Shown here one piece after another: positions 18,467 through 27,189 of a stretch of 64,000 nt of DNA (positions are counted from its first letter, which is position 1; every line of letters begins with the position of its first letter). This DNA comes from Candidatus Aminicenantales bacterium. GTDB lineage: Bacteria > Acidobacteriota > Aminicenantia > Aminicenantales > UBA4085. A model generated the notes under the pieces. The model ran no database searches, had not been told where the DNA came from, and saw nothing but the letters and a program-made list of their open reading frames with translations. The position numbers and the translations under genes were made by a program. The stretch covers positions 80,599 through 144,598 of the forward strand of contig JBEKTZ010000001.1 in the NCBI GenBank assembly GCA_049515535.1. Direction: 5' to 3'.

Positions 18467-21400
18467 CTATTGCGCAGGCTTTAGCTTTCCTACCTCCCAG
18501 CGGTGGTCGGCGAAGGCGGCGTCGATGCTGCTGCCGGAAAGGCGGGAGCGTTGATCGTTGGGTGTGAGGGTACGGAGGAACTGTTCCAGTTCCCACGCGA
18601 GTTGTGGGGTCCAGCCGAACCGGCCGCCAAGCGATTCCTTGGCCCGGCGAATTCTTTCCGCGAGCGGGCCGGTGCGGGCTGCCTGGGCTTCGGAAAGTTG
18701 GGCAAGGTCCGCAGCAGCAGAGTCGATGCAGCGCAGTAAGCGTCCAACTTCGCGATTAAGTCTCAATGCTGCGGAGGCGCGTTGCGCGGCGAGGTTGGCC
18801 TGTTCTATCTTGGCGGCACGGCTCTCCAATTCGCGGACCTGGCGTTCAGCTTCCTGTTGGGCGTGCCGCGCGGCGGCTGCGATCTTCTCCGGGGCGGGTA
18901 GTGTACCGTCCCATTCCTCCACACGTGCCCGCAGGGCGGCAAGGTTCTGGAGTGGTTCCGCGGCGTTTTCGGAGACCCAGAAGGCGCATGAGCGGCGAAA
19001 GGCTCCGACTCGGGCGCTGCCAACAACGAGTGGCAAGGTCTCGCCGGGCCGCGTCAGGCGGTCGGCGATCTGCGCGACCTCTGGGCTAAGTGCTGTAAGG
19101 GGCCGCGCGGTGGGGGCTACGTCCAGCGCCGGATCGACGAAGGCAAAGGTGATCGGCTTGTTTTCGAGGCCCTTGACTATGACAGTTCCCTTCGCGGCAT
19201 GTCCGGAAATCTGGAGACCGTAATCTGGTTGAAGGATTTCCAGAGCGGAAACGATGTCGGCGCGAGTTACTGAGGGTGTTGGCTGATCGATCTGGACCGC
19301 TTCGGAGTCGAGGTAGGTTTCGGCGCTGATGAAGTTGCGCTCCGCCTCGAAAGCAATGCGCTCCAACTCGTCCACGGAGAACTGGCCAGGGTGATTCAGC
19401 ATGACCTGGGCGCGGGCGAGCACAGGCTGCATCGTACCAACGAAATGCATAAACAGGCCGCACCGGCGGCGAAGCGCACCGTAGACCTTCTCGTCGATGC
19501 TATCCTTGAGCAGGAAGTTGTAGACTCGGATTTCCCGCTCACTTTGGCCGATTCGGTCAATGCGGCCGATGCGCTGCTCGACCTTGCTCGGGTTCCAAGG
19601 CAGGTCGTAGTTGATGAGGGCGCTGGCGGTCTGGAGGTTCAACCCCTCGCTGGCGGCATCAGTGCAGATGAGGTAGCGTATAGTCCCCTGTTTGAGGGCG
19701 TCGGTAATCTCCCTCTTCGTGACAGGGATCCATTTACTTTCCCGGTAGAAGGCGCCGCCTCCGCCGCTGTAGCTTGCGACCTGCTCGGCGTAGTGATTCG
19801 CGAGGTTGTCTCGGAGATACTCCATAGTTTCTGCGTACTCGCTGAAGACGAGGATGGGGCGCCCTTCCGCGGACAAATCCCGGATGCGATCGAAGAAGCG
19901 GTCGCGCTTGGTATCCGTGGCGCCCAGGGCGCGGAGTTGGTCGAGCAGAATCGTGACTTCGGCGGCTTCCCTGCGAGCATCTTCCGGGTTGGTGGGCAAA
20001 CTGGCCGGGATGGCTCGGGTGTCGAGGCCCTCGGGGATGTCGGCATCGCTGAGGCCGGCGGGCACGTCAGTCTCTTCGATGTAGCCGGAACTGGCGCGCT
20101 GAGTCATCACGCGTTGCAGACCGGCAAGGCGGCGCTCCAGACTGCAACGGAGCGCATAGGGCGAGCTAGCCGCGCGGCGGCGGTAGATCGTCATGACAAA
20201 GCCCTTGCCGGGCTTTTCCCCTTCAAGTTCCTCAAAACGTTTCTCAATGTAGCGCGCAACGGCATTATAGACCCGGCGTTCCGGGCCGTTTGGCGGCTGG
20301 AAGTCGAAGGGGATGTCAACCACGACGCGTATGGGCGGAGCTGCGGGGAGAAGGCCGCGTTGGTGGTAGTCCCGGAGCGTCTTCCGGGTGTTACGGTGCA
20401 TCCGCCTGGCGAGTGGCGAGCCCTGACGAAGCCAGCGGATCACATCGTCCTTCCAGCCTGGTGGAACAAACCGTAGGCGGCGTTCGCCGTCCTGCGGCGA
20501 GGCGATCCGCGCGAAGCCTGCTGGCGGAGGCGGGAAACGTAAGTCGGATGTGACTAGAAAGGCAGCGCGGTGGGCGTCTTCCGGGGAGGGAGTGCCGGTC
20601 TTGAGCCCGTGTATGAGGCCATAGAAGCCGCGGACACCCTCGAAGTCGGAGAGCCATGCGCCGCCCTCGCCGAGGATAGACATGAGGTCCCAAGGTTCCC
20701 ACGGGGACGTTTGCATAGGCGTGGCACTGAGCAGTAGGAAGCCGCAGGCTTTGCGACGGACCTGCATCAGGCGGAGCAGATTAAGGAGAAGTGTGGATGA
20801 ATTGAATTCGCCTTCCTCCTGCTTGCCTCGTCGCGCGGCGTGGGCCTCGTCCATAAGCACCAAGTCCCAGGGTCGAGCGGCAAGCAAGATGTTGGCGTTG
20901 GACTCTGTCCTCGCCGTCTCGCGGCTCATGAGGAGGAAGTCTTGTTCGAGGGCTGCGGCCAGGCCTGGAAAGTGTTGGGTGCGGCCATCCGGCCAGACGA
21001 GCGTGTCGAGACCCTGGAGGCGGGGGACGACCAGACCGCCCTTTTCGCGGAGCTCATCCTGCCATTGGGCGGTGAGGCCAGCGGGGAGTAGCAACAGGGC
21101 ACGGGCGACGCCGCGGCCAGCCATGAGGCGGCGAAGGATCATAATGGCCTCGATGGTCTTGCCCATCCCGACTTCGTCGCAAAGCATGCGGCCGTCCGGC
21201 CACGCGGCGGACGCTTCCTCGATCACAACCCGCTGGTGCGGCCAGAGGTCAATCGGCGAGGTGGCTTCGCACGCGGACGCGCCACTTTCCAAATAAGGAG
21301 CCTCGGCAATGAAGCGCCAGAGCACGGCGGCCTTGCGTCGGGCAAGGGCGTCCGTGGGTTCCGTGACCGGGGGTTCCGGCGGCGCGAGTTTGACGAGCTT

Positions 21401-22111
21401 CAGCTTGAGGGCTTCGGGGAGCGTGACGGTGTGAACGTGCGGGTGGCTGTCTTTCCAGAGCGCATCGAACTCCTCCCGATACTCGCGGAAGCGTTCCTCG
21501 TCCTGCCATGAGGCGGAGACCTCCAGGCGCTCGTAGTTGGCGCGGAGACCCTGGGCGGACTCGTTGCCGCTGCCGTTGAAGACGATGGCCTTGCCGGAGG
21601 CGTCGTACACGAGACCGAACTTACCGTGAACAATGCCTTCGCCTTGCCGCATGACTCCCACGCGAACGGCCAGGAGGCCGGATTTGGTCATCCAGCCGAG
21701 CATGGCAAGGCGCTGCTTTTCCAGTAGATCGCGCGGCGTCTTGAAGCGTTTGGCGAGCGTCGCCTCCAGTGCGGACGTGTCGCCGGTCTCGATCAGGGCG
21801 CGGACATCGTCTTCGGCCAATTCCTCGTTAACCACGAGGCGGACCGCGGGACGCGGAGCCTTGGCGCCGAGAGCAATCAGGCGGCCGATCAGCCCGGCGA
21901 AGCCGCGGGCCGCGGCCGAAAGAACGCTACTTGAAAAATAGGCGCAGCAACGGTCATAGCGGATGGCCTCTGACAAGGCCGGGACGTAGAGTTTCTCGAC
22001 CAGTTCGTTATCCGGTCCCCGGATGAAGCGCCGCCAAGCGTGACGGGTCAAGTCGCCGGCAGCCAAGGATGACTTGGACGCCGAGACGATTTTGGACGGG
22101 GCAGTGCTCAT
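18467..22111 (-). CDS. PLD-family (HKD) nuclease domain fused to SNF2/DEAD-box superfamily-2 helicase
   Basis: N-terminal single HKD motif (HGKFGLVYD = HxK(x)4D). Helicase Walker A (DEVGMGKT). DEAH-like box (VLMDEAH). SAT motif (LLLSATPMQ). Helicase_C motifs (LICTDAASEGLNLQ, QRIGRIDRIGQ). The ATG overlaps the upstream methyltransferase stop (ATGA). Confidence 0.85.
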   Translation of the reverse strand: MSTAPSKIVSASKSSLAAGDLTRHAWRRFIRGPDNELVEKLYVPALSEAIRYDRCCAYFSSSVLSAAARGFAGLIGRLIALGAKAPRPAVRLVVNEELAEDDVRALIETGDTSALEATLAKRFKTPRDLLEKQRLAMLGWMTKSGLLAVRVGVMRQGEGIVHGKFGLVYDASGKAIVFNGSGNESAQGLRANYERLEVSASWQDEERFREYREEFDALWKDSHPHVHTVTLPEALKLKLVKLAPPEPPVTEPTDALARRKAAVLWRFIAEAPYLESGASACEATSPIDLWPHQRVVIEEASAAWPDGRMLCDEVGMGKTIEAIMILRRLMAGRGVARALLLLPAGLTAQWQDELREKGGLVVPRLQGLDTLVWPDGRTQHFPGLAAALEQDFLLMSRETARTESNANILLAARPWDLVLMDEAHAARRGKQEEGEFNSSTLLLNLLRLMQVRRKACGFLLLSATPMQTSPWEPWDLMSILGEGGAWLSDFEGVRGFYGLIHGLKTGTPSPEDAHRAAFLVTSDLRFPPPPAGFARIASPQDGERRLRFVPPGWKDDVIRWLRQGSPLARRMHRNTRKTLRDYHQRGLLPAAPPIRVVVDIPFDFQPPNGPERRVYNAVARYIEKRFEELEGEKPGKGFVMTIYRRRAASSPYALRCSLERRLAGLQRVMTQRASSGYIEETDVPAGLSDADIPEGLDTRAIPASLPTNPEDARREAAEVTILLDQLRALGATDTKRDRFFDRIRDLSAEGRPILVFSEYAETMEYLRDNLANHYAEQVASYSGGGGAFYRESKWIPVTKREITDALKQGTIRYLICTDAASEGLNLQTASALINYDLPWNPSKVEQRIGRIDRIGQSEREIRVYNFLLKDSIDEKVYGALRRRCGLFMHFVGTMQPVLARAQVMLNHPGQFSVDELERIAFEAERNFISAETYLDSEAVQIDQPTPSVTRADIVSALEILQPDYGLQISGHAAKGTVIVKGLENKPITFAFVDPALDVAPTARPLTALSPEVAQIADRLTRPGETLPLVVGSARVGAFRRSCAFWVSENAAEPLQNLAALRARVEEWDGTLPAPEKIAAAARHAQQEAERQVRELESRAAKIEQANLAAQRASAALRLNREVGRLLRCIDSAAADLAQLSEAQAARTGPLAERIRRAKESLGGRFGWTPQLAWELEQFLRTLTPNDQRSRLSGSSIDAAFADHRWEVGKLKPAQ

Positions 22112-25086
22112 TCGCTGGCCTCTTCATCTTCCGTTTCGTCGTCGGTCTCATTCTCCTTCTCTTCCTCGTACTGGAGATTGAGTTCGAGTTCGTACTTGGG
22201 TTCTTGCCATTCGGGTGGCTTAATTCCGAAGATTGGTTCGATCATGGCATGCCAGGCGCGGAACTCGGGATAGATTGCGGCGGCGCTGGTCTTGCCCTTA
22301 TCAAACCAGAGTGCGGGCGGAGCAGCTTTGAGCAAGGCTTCCATGAGGCGGGCGATAGGCGAGCCGCTCTTCCAGCCTTGTTGAGTGGCAAGTTGTCGGG
22401 CGGAGCCGAGACCAGGATTACCGCCACCAGCCTCGGCGTAGCGCAGGGCCAACGCGTGGCAGGCATCGAGCGCGGTCCGGAAGTGCGAGTCGTTGGGATG
22501 GACCTTGAGGACATCGCCTTTCTTGACCCGCTTTTTCTTGCCGGCGGGCATGGGACCGAAGAGCGTTTCCTCCATCTCCTCCTGCTCCAGTTTCTTCGCG
22601 CGGCGGCGGTCCCTGGCGGAGAGGATCTTGATTTTGTCACCGGACTTGGAAACAAGGCTGGCGTAAACCATGGTGTCAACGTCCATGCCGACGGCCTTGC
22701 CCAGCAGATGGGCTTCATTGAAGCGAAACTCGGCGGCTTGGAGAACGTCCCAGCAGAGCAGATAGAAACGGCCCTCGGCCTCGACCCCCTGGAGTCCACG
22801 CGCGGCGAGTTGCTGGATACGGAAGGCGGCCACCGCTTCGCTGGCCTCATCCAGCGCGCGGTCAACGCCGACGGCGTCGCCGGTATCGGTGCGGACCTCC
22901 GAATGGCAGCTGTAAACCTCCATCGCCGGACCGAAGGACCCAACGAGTTGGTCAACCGGGTTCAGGCCATCCTTCATTAGGCGTTCGGCGGTCTTCTGTG
23001 CGGCGAGGCGAATCTCGCGCCGCATCTCGTCGTCGAAATAGCCGACCTCAGCCTTGGGGTTCCGCTTGCGGGCAACAAGGATCACGGTGCTCTGGGCCGC
23101 GTTCTTCTTGGCCTGGTGGAGGGAGTGCTCGCTCTCGGTCTTGACCGGCCAGGTGGCGGTGATGGTGAAGCCGGCCTTGACCAGCGACGTGAAAAGGGCT
23201 TCCCACGCCTCCTGCTTCTTGTGAGTGAACATCACGGTCAGCGCGCCGTTGTCGCACAGGACGCGGCGGCATTCGGTGAACGTCTCGGCCATGATGCGTT
23301 GGTAGAAGTCGTTGGCCTTCCGGCGGGCGTCGGCGGCCTTCTCGCCGTCGTTCCGATGGCGAGGGATGTTGACGACCGCCTCTTCCGTGTGGTCGCAGAG
23401 GTAACTTGAGAACCATTCCGGCCGGCGATGCCCTTGGGTACGCTTGAGCCAGACGTAGAAGAAATCGGCGAGTTCGGAGTACTGGACGTTGTCGGCGTAG
23501 GGAGGGTCAACGACAACGGCGGAGATAGTGCGGTCTGCAATCTCGGGTAAAGAGGTTGCGGAACCGAAGTTGATTGCGACGCAACGGGCGGCATCGTGGC
23601 GTGGGAAGCGAGAGATCTCCTCGTAGGCTTCCATCACGTTGTCAGTAGCCCAGGCCATACCGTTGCCTGAGTGGCAGGCTGCCATTTCCGCGAAGGTCGG
23701 CTTGAACTGGAAGTCATGGCGGTCCATACGCCCTTTGATGACGGATCTTGTGTTCTCGTAGCGGGTTGCCATGCAGTCGTGGTTGATAAACTTGTCGAGG
23801 ATGAACGCAAGCAGATGGATGACGGCCTCGCCTGTCTCTCGACCTTCGGTCTTGATGACTATTGGCATCATGTCCTTGAGTTCGTCAACGAAGACCGCTG
23901 CGCTGAGAAGTTGGCGGGGTGTGAAGATATCTGCCCATCGTGGCATACCGTAGATGCGTGGGCGCTCGTCCGTTGTGATCTCTGGATAGAGTTCCGTTGG
24001 AATTATATTCTCATTTTCCCAACGCTTTCGATGCTTGGAGAGTTCGTTTTCTGCACTTTTCAGCGTTTGTAGTTCGTTCTCGGTGGGGCGGTCGAATGTC
24101 AGACCCTTCGCTTTGACGGCAACGGCGTAAAGGGCACATTTCATCTTGCCGGCCTGGGCCTGGGCCTTGATCCAGGTGTCGGCGATTTGTTGGCCGGAGA
24201 AGAGGCTGATGCCTTTGCCGTCTCCGTACGTAGGCGCAGGCGGGGTTTTGCCGCGCGCTCGCTGGTCGCGGTTGTCCACGATGCGGACGCTCCACGTGCC
24301 GGCCTTCTTGTCCACGATGGGTTCGGCCCAGATGCGGACCTTGGAGTCCTTGGGTTTGAGGACGTGCCAGTCCGGGATGAGTGGTGTATGGGGGTGGCCT
24401 TCCGTGTCGGGGCATGGCACGGTGCGAGCGAAGATGTAGGCGTGGACCAGGCCGTCTTTGCGTCTAGGGAAAAAGGGCGCGAGATGCTTCTCTGCGCGCG
24501 CGAGCCATTCTTTGGCCCATTGCCGGGTGCGTTCGGCGAGTTTGTCGCCGAAGCGGAATGGATAGTCCACGGTGGCTTCGAGGACGGTGCATGCAACGGG
24601 GTTGTACTCGTTGGCTAGGGTGCGGAAGCCGAGCCGGGCGGATTCAAGGGGGATCGAGCCGCCGCCTGCCATGGGGTCAATTACGGCGATGTCTTTGCCG
24701 AATAATCGCGCGGCGGCTGCGTGGGCTTTGGCGAGATCGTCCTCGCGCATAGGCCCCTTGAAAGCGCGATCGCAGCCGAAGCCGCCTTCGACCCGTTTGC
24801 CGGTGTCCATGAGTTGCCGAATACAAACAAGTTCCTTGCCGGGTTTGCCGAATCCGAGTAGGCGCTCGAAGACATCGTGCGGGAAGTCTGCGGGTAGGAG
24901 TGAACCAAGTACGGCAGCGCGGGAGGCGCAGAGCGGCCGGCGCGCCCACCAGACGTGGAGGTAGGTCGTTGGCGCGAGTGCGCTGGCGCTGCCGCGTTCG
25001 CGCATGCACTCGACGCCGATGGCGGCGGCGGGAAGCCAGTCTTCGATGAGGAGGCGGGGTTTCTTCATTACAGGGTACCAAGGCAT
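22108..25086 (-). CDS. DUF1156-type N6-adenine/N4-cytosine DNA methyltransferase (DPPY motif)
   Basis: N-terminal region characteristic of DUF1156-type methylases (MPWYPVMKKPRLLIEDWLPAAAIGVE...). Catalytic motif IV VVVDPPYADNV. 992 aa. Stop overlaps the SNF2 start. Confidence 0.8.
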   Translation of the reverse strand: MPWYPVMKKPRLLIEDWLPAAAIGVECMRERGSASALAPTTYLHVWWARRPLCASRAAVLGSLLPADFPHDVFERLLGFGKPGKELVCIRQLMDTGKRVEGGFGCDRAFKGPMREDDLAKAHAAAARLFGKDIAVIDPMAGGGSIPLESARLGFRTLANEYNPVACTVLEATVDYPFRFGDKLAERTRQWAKEWLARAEKHLAPFFPRRKDGLVHAYIFARTVPCPDTEGHPHTPLIPDWHVLKPKDSKVRIWAEPIVDKKAGTWSVRIVDNRDQRARGKTPPAPTYGDGKGISLFSGQQIADTWIKAQAQAGKMKCALYAVAVKAKGLTFDRPTENELQTLKSAENELSKHRKRWENENIIPTELYPEITTDERPRIYGMPRWADIFTPRQLLSAAVFVDELKDMMPIVIKTEGRETGEAVIHLLAFILDKFINHDCMATRYENTRSVIKGRMDRHDFQFKPTFAEMAACHSGNGMAWATDNVMEAYEEISRFPRHDAARCVAINFGSATSLPEIADRTISAVVVDPPYADNVQYSELADFFYVWLKRTQGHRRPEWFSSYLCDHTEEAVVNIPRHRNDGEKAADARRKANDFYQRIMAETFTECRRVLCDNGALTVMFTHKKQEAWEALFTSLVKAGFTITATWPVKTESEHSLHQAKKNAAQSTVILVARKRNPKAEVGYFDDEMRREIRLAAQKTAERLMKDGLNPVDQLVGSFGPAMEVYSCHSEVRTDTGDAVGVDRALDEASEAVAAFRIQQLAARGLQGVEAEGRFYLLCWDVLQAAEFRFNEAHLLGKAVGMDVDTMVYASLVSKSGDKIKILSARDRRRAKKLEQEEMEETLFGPMPAGKKKRVKKGDVLKVHPNDSHFRTALDACHALALRYAEAGGGNPGLGSARQLATQQGWKSGSPIARLMEALLKAAPPALWFDKGKTSAAAIYPEFRAWHAMIEPIFGIKPPEWQEPKYELELNLQYEEEKENETDDETEDEEASE

Positions 25087-25132
25087 TGCTGATTCAGCAT
25101 AGAATTCGCTGAATCAGCATAACTGCAACCGT

Positions 25133-26770
25133 TCATCCATGCTCCTTGAGAGTCCATTTGGCCCTGCGAGTAGCACCGACCTGTTTCACAACCCCTTCGT
25201 TTTCAAGTTGTTTCAGGAGATACCATACCTGGTTACGGTTCATGCCGGTGATTTCGCGGAACTGGGAATTGGTGAGTGGGCCCTGCCTCAGGGAGGCCAG
25301 AACCCGTCCGCGTGCGGCCTCGGATGCCATGCGGCGGTCAAGGTGGTAGGCAAGGTCCGTTTCGAGGATGTGATAGGCACGCAATGAAAGCCGGAAATAA
25401 CGCCCCCGGCCGGGGCCGCCAGCGGCTTCGAGCAGACCGCGACGGTTGGCCAAGGCGCCGAGGTGTTCGCGGGCATCTTCCAGGGGCCGCTGGCAGAACT
25501 CCGCCGCTTGACGGGCCGTGATCTCCCGGTGGCGGGTGAGGTAGTGAATGACCAACAGTTCGTCCACGCCGAGATCGTCGTACTCGCGCATCAGATCGAG
25601 GAACGGCTTGCGAGCATCCTGGCCTTTGACGGCGACTGAGACCGTCTGGCCGGTGGTCCAGTAGTACGGAGGCTCCTTGCCTTCGGCCAGCAAGTCCCAG
25701 TACACGCGCGGCACACCAAGGTTGGCGGCATTGGCAAGACGGATGCGGGCGAGCGCGGCAAACAGGGCCGGGTTTCTTGGCACAGAGGTGTGGTGCAGGA
25801 TGTTTTCCGGCGTAATGTCGCCGGGGAAACCGCCGGGGTTGGATATTTCGATGCGATCCGGATACAGTTTCACAACCAGAGAGCCGGGCGCGGAGAAATC
25901 GCGATGCGCCAAAGCGTTGACTAGTAGTTCGCGCATGGCCAGGACCGGATAGCGCGGGAACTCCGGGTGGACCAGATCGCCTTTGATGGTGAGGACCGGG
26001 TTGTTGGCGTTGATCAACTCGCGCAACCGGCGGAGCGCTACTGCGAGGCAGTCAAAGCCGGAGTCGGCCTGATCGTAGTCCGTATCCGAGAGCATGCGGA
26101 AGAACTGCCACTGGGAATGGGTTACGCGCCGGCGGATTTCCTCTGTTTGGCCGACGAGCAATAGACCAGCCATGATCAATTGGCCCTCATTGGTCAGCAC
26201 GCCAAGAGCCCGAAGCAGATCAGGGTCGGAAAGGCGGAGCAGGTCCGCCGTTGCGCCCACTTCACGCATGAGGGCCCGCAGGTCTTCCATGCCGGCAGGT
26301 CGAATCAGCGGTTCCCAAGGTCCGACCACTGGCGCCGCGGTGAACTCGATGCCAGCCTCGGCGCGGATCGCGTCGATTTCCGCGAGGGTCAGGCCGCGCA
26401 GATCCTCGCCCACGCGGATAAGGTAGTCGCCGCGGCGGGTGTGGAAGAGCTGTCCACGCGGACGGCCTGGGATGGTGACGACAACGACATTGCCCTCGGG
26501 CGTGGCAAGGTTCTCGACTTGGACGTGAATCTGGGCGGAATCGTACACGCTGCGGCGAATCTGCTGCATCTCATCCGGGGGCAACGGATCAACTGGTTGG
26601 ATGCGGCGCGGAGGGCGATTGGTGACGCCCATGACCAGGTGTCCGCCGCCGGAGTTACCGATACCAACGGCATAGCGCGCGATCTCGGTTCGCGGTTCAA
26701 GGGACGGCTTGAACTCCACGTTTTCCGTTTCGTTGCCAACCATGAGCGCCTGGAGTTCGGCAAACGTCAT
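25133..26770 (-). CDS. AlbA_2 (Schlafen-like) + HATPase_c_4 + C-terminal wHTH protein (RecG-C-terminal-like putative DNA-binding regulator)
   Basis: N-terminal ENVEFKPSL...GIGNSGGGHLVMGV is typical of the AlbA_2 divergent AAA domain. The central region is ATPase-like. The C-terminal end is a winged-helix (NQVWYLLKQLENEGVV). Start set at ATG 26770, which overlaps the upstream stop (ATGA). Confidence 0.65.
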   Translation of the reverse strand: MTFAELQALMVGNETENVEFKPSLEPRTEIARYAVGIGNSGGGHLVMGVTNRPPRRIQPVDPLPPDEMQQIRRSVYDSAQIHVQVENLATPEGNVVVVTIPGRPRGQLFHTRRGDYLIRVGEDLRGLTLAEIDAIRAEAGIEFTAAPVVGPWEPLIRPAGMEDLRALMREVGATADLLRLSDPDLLRALGVLTNEGQLIMAGLLLVGQTEEIRRRVTHSQWQFFRMLSDTDYDQADSGFDCLAVALRRLRELINANNPVLTIKGDLVHPEFPRYPVLAMRELLVNALAHRDFSAPGSLVVKLYPDRIEISNPGGFPGDITPENILHHTSVPRNPALFAALARIRLANAANLGVPRVYWDLLAEGKEPPYYWTTGQTVSVAVKGQDARKPFLDLMREYDDLGVDELLVIHYLTRHREITARQAAEFCQRPLEDAREHLGALANRRGLLEAAGGPGRGRYFRLSLRAYHILETDLAYHLDRRMASEAARGRVLASLRQGPLTNSQFREITGMNRNQVWYLLKQLENEGVVKQVGATRRAKWTLKEHG

Positions 26771-27189
26771 TTGACGGCCTCCACAAGGATGCGTAAAGCG
26801 CGGATAGCGCGGACGCGGCGGGTTCCGGACATGAGGCCGAGCCACCAGGCAGCCTCAGTGGCGTCAGCGCGCTTGAGGGAATCGGCAGCGTTGTGCATGG
26901 CGGTAGCGTTACGGAGTCCGCTTGTTACAAGCGCATAGCAGGCGACGCGCGCGCCGTAGTCCTGGTCCAGCGGGTAGAACGGGCCGGGCGTGAACTTGGT
27001 GACGTTGGCGCCACGGACAGAAGCGCGAAGCAGTGACGCGCCAGCGGAGAATGCCAGCGGGCCGATGGCGGCGACGCGGGCGAGGCGCTCCTCGCCGGTA
27101 GTCTTGAGGGAGCGGCGGCAGATGATGGCCGCGGCGCCGGCCTTGCGCTTGACGATGCGGAGAGCGAATGAAGCTTCGCGGACGGTCAT
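26767..27189 (-). CDS. small conserved hypothetical protein (positional equivalent of the DUF3780-like component of DUF499/DUF1156 cassettes)
   Basis: 140-aa ORF translationally coupled on both sides (ATGA overlaps at 27186-27189 and 26767-26770). No motif. The family assignment is an inference from synteny. Confidence 0.45.
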   Translation of the reverse strand: MTVREASFALRIVKRKAGAAAIICRRSLKTTGEERLARVAAIGPLAFSAGASLLRASVRGANVTKFTPGPFYPLDQDYGARVACYALVTSGLRNATAMHNAADSLKRADATEAAWWLGLMSGTRRVRAIRALRILVEAVK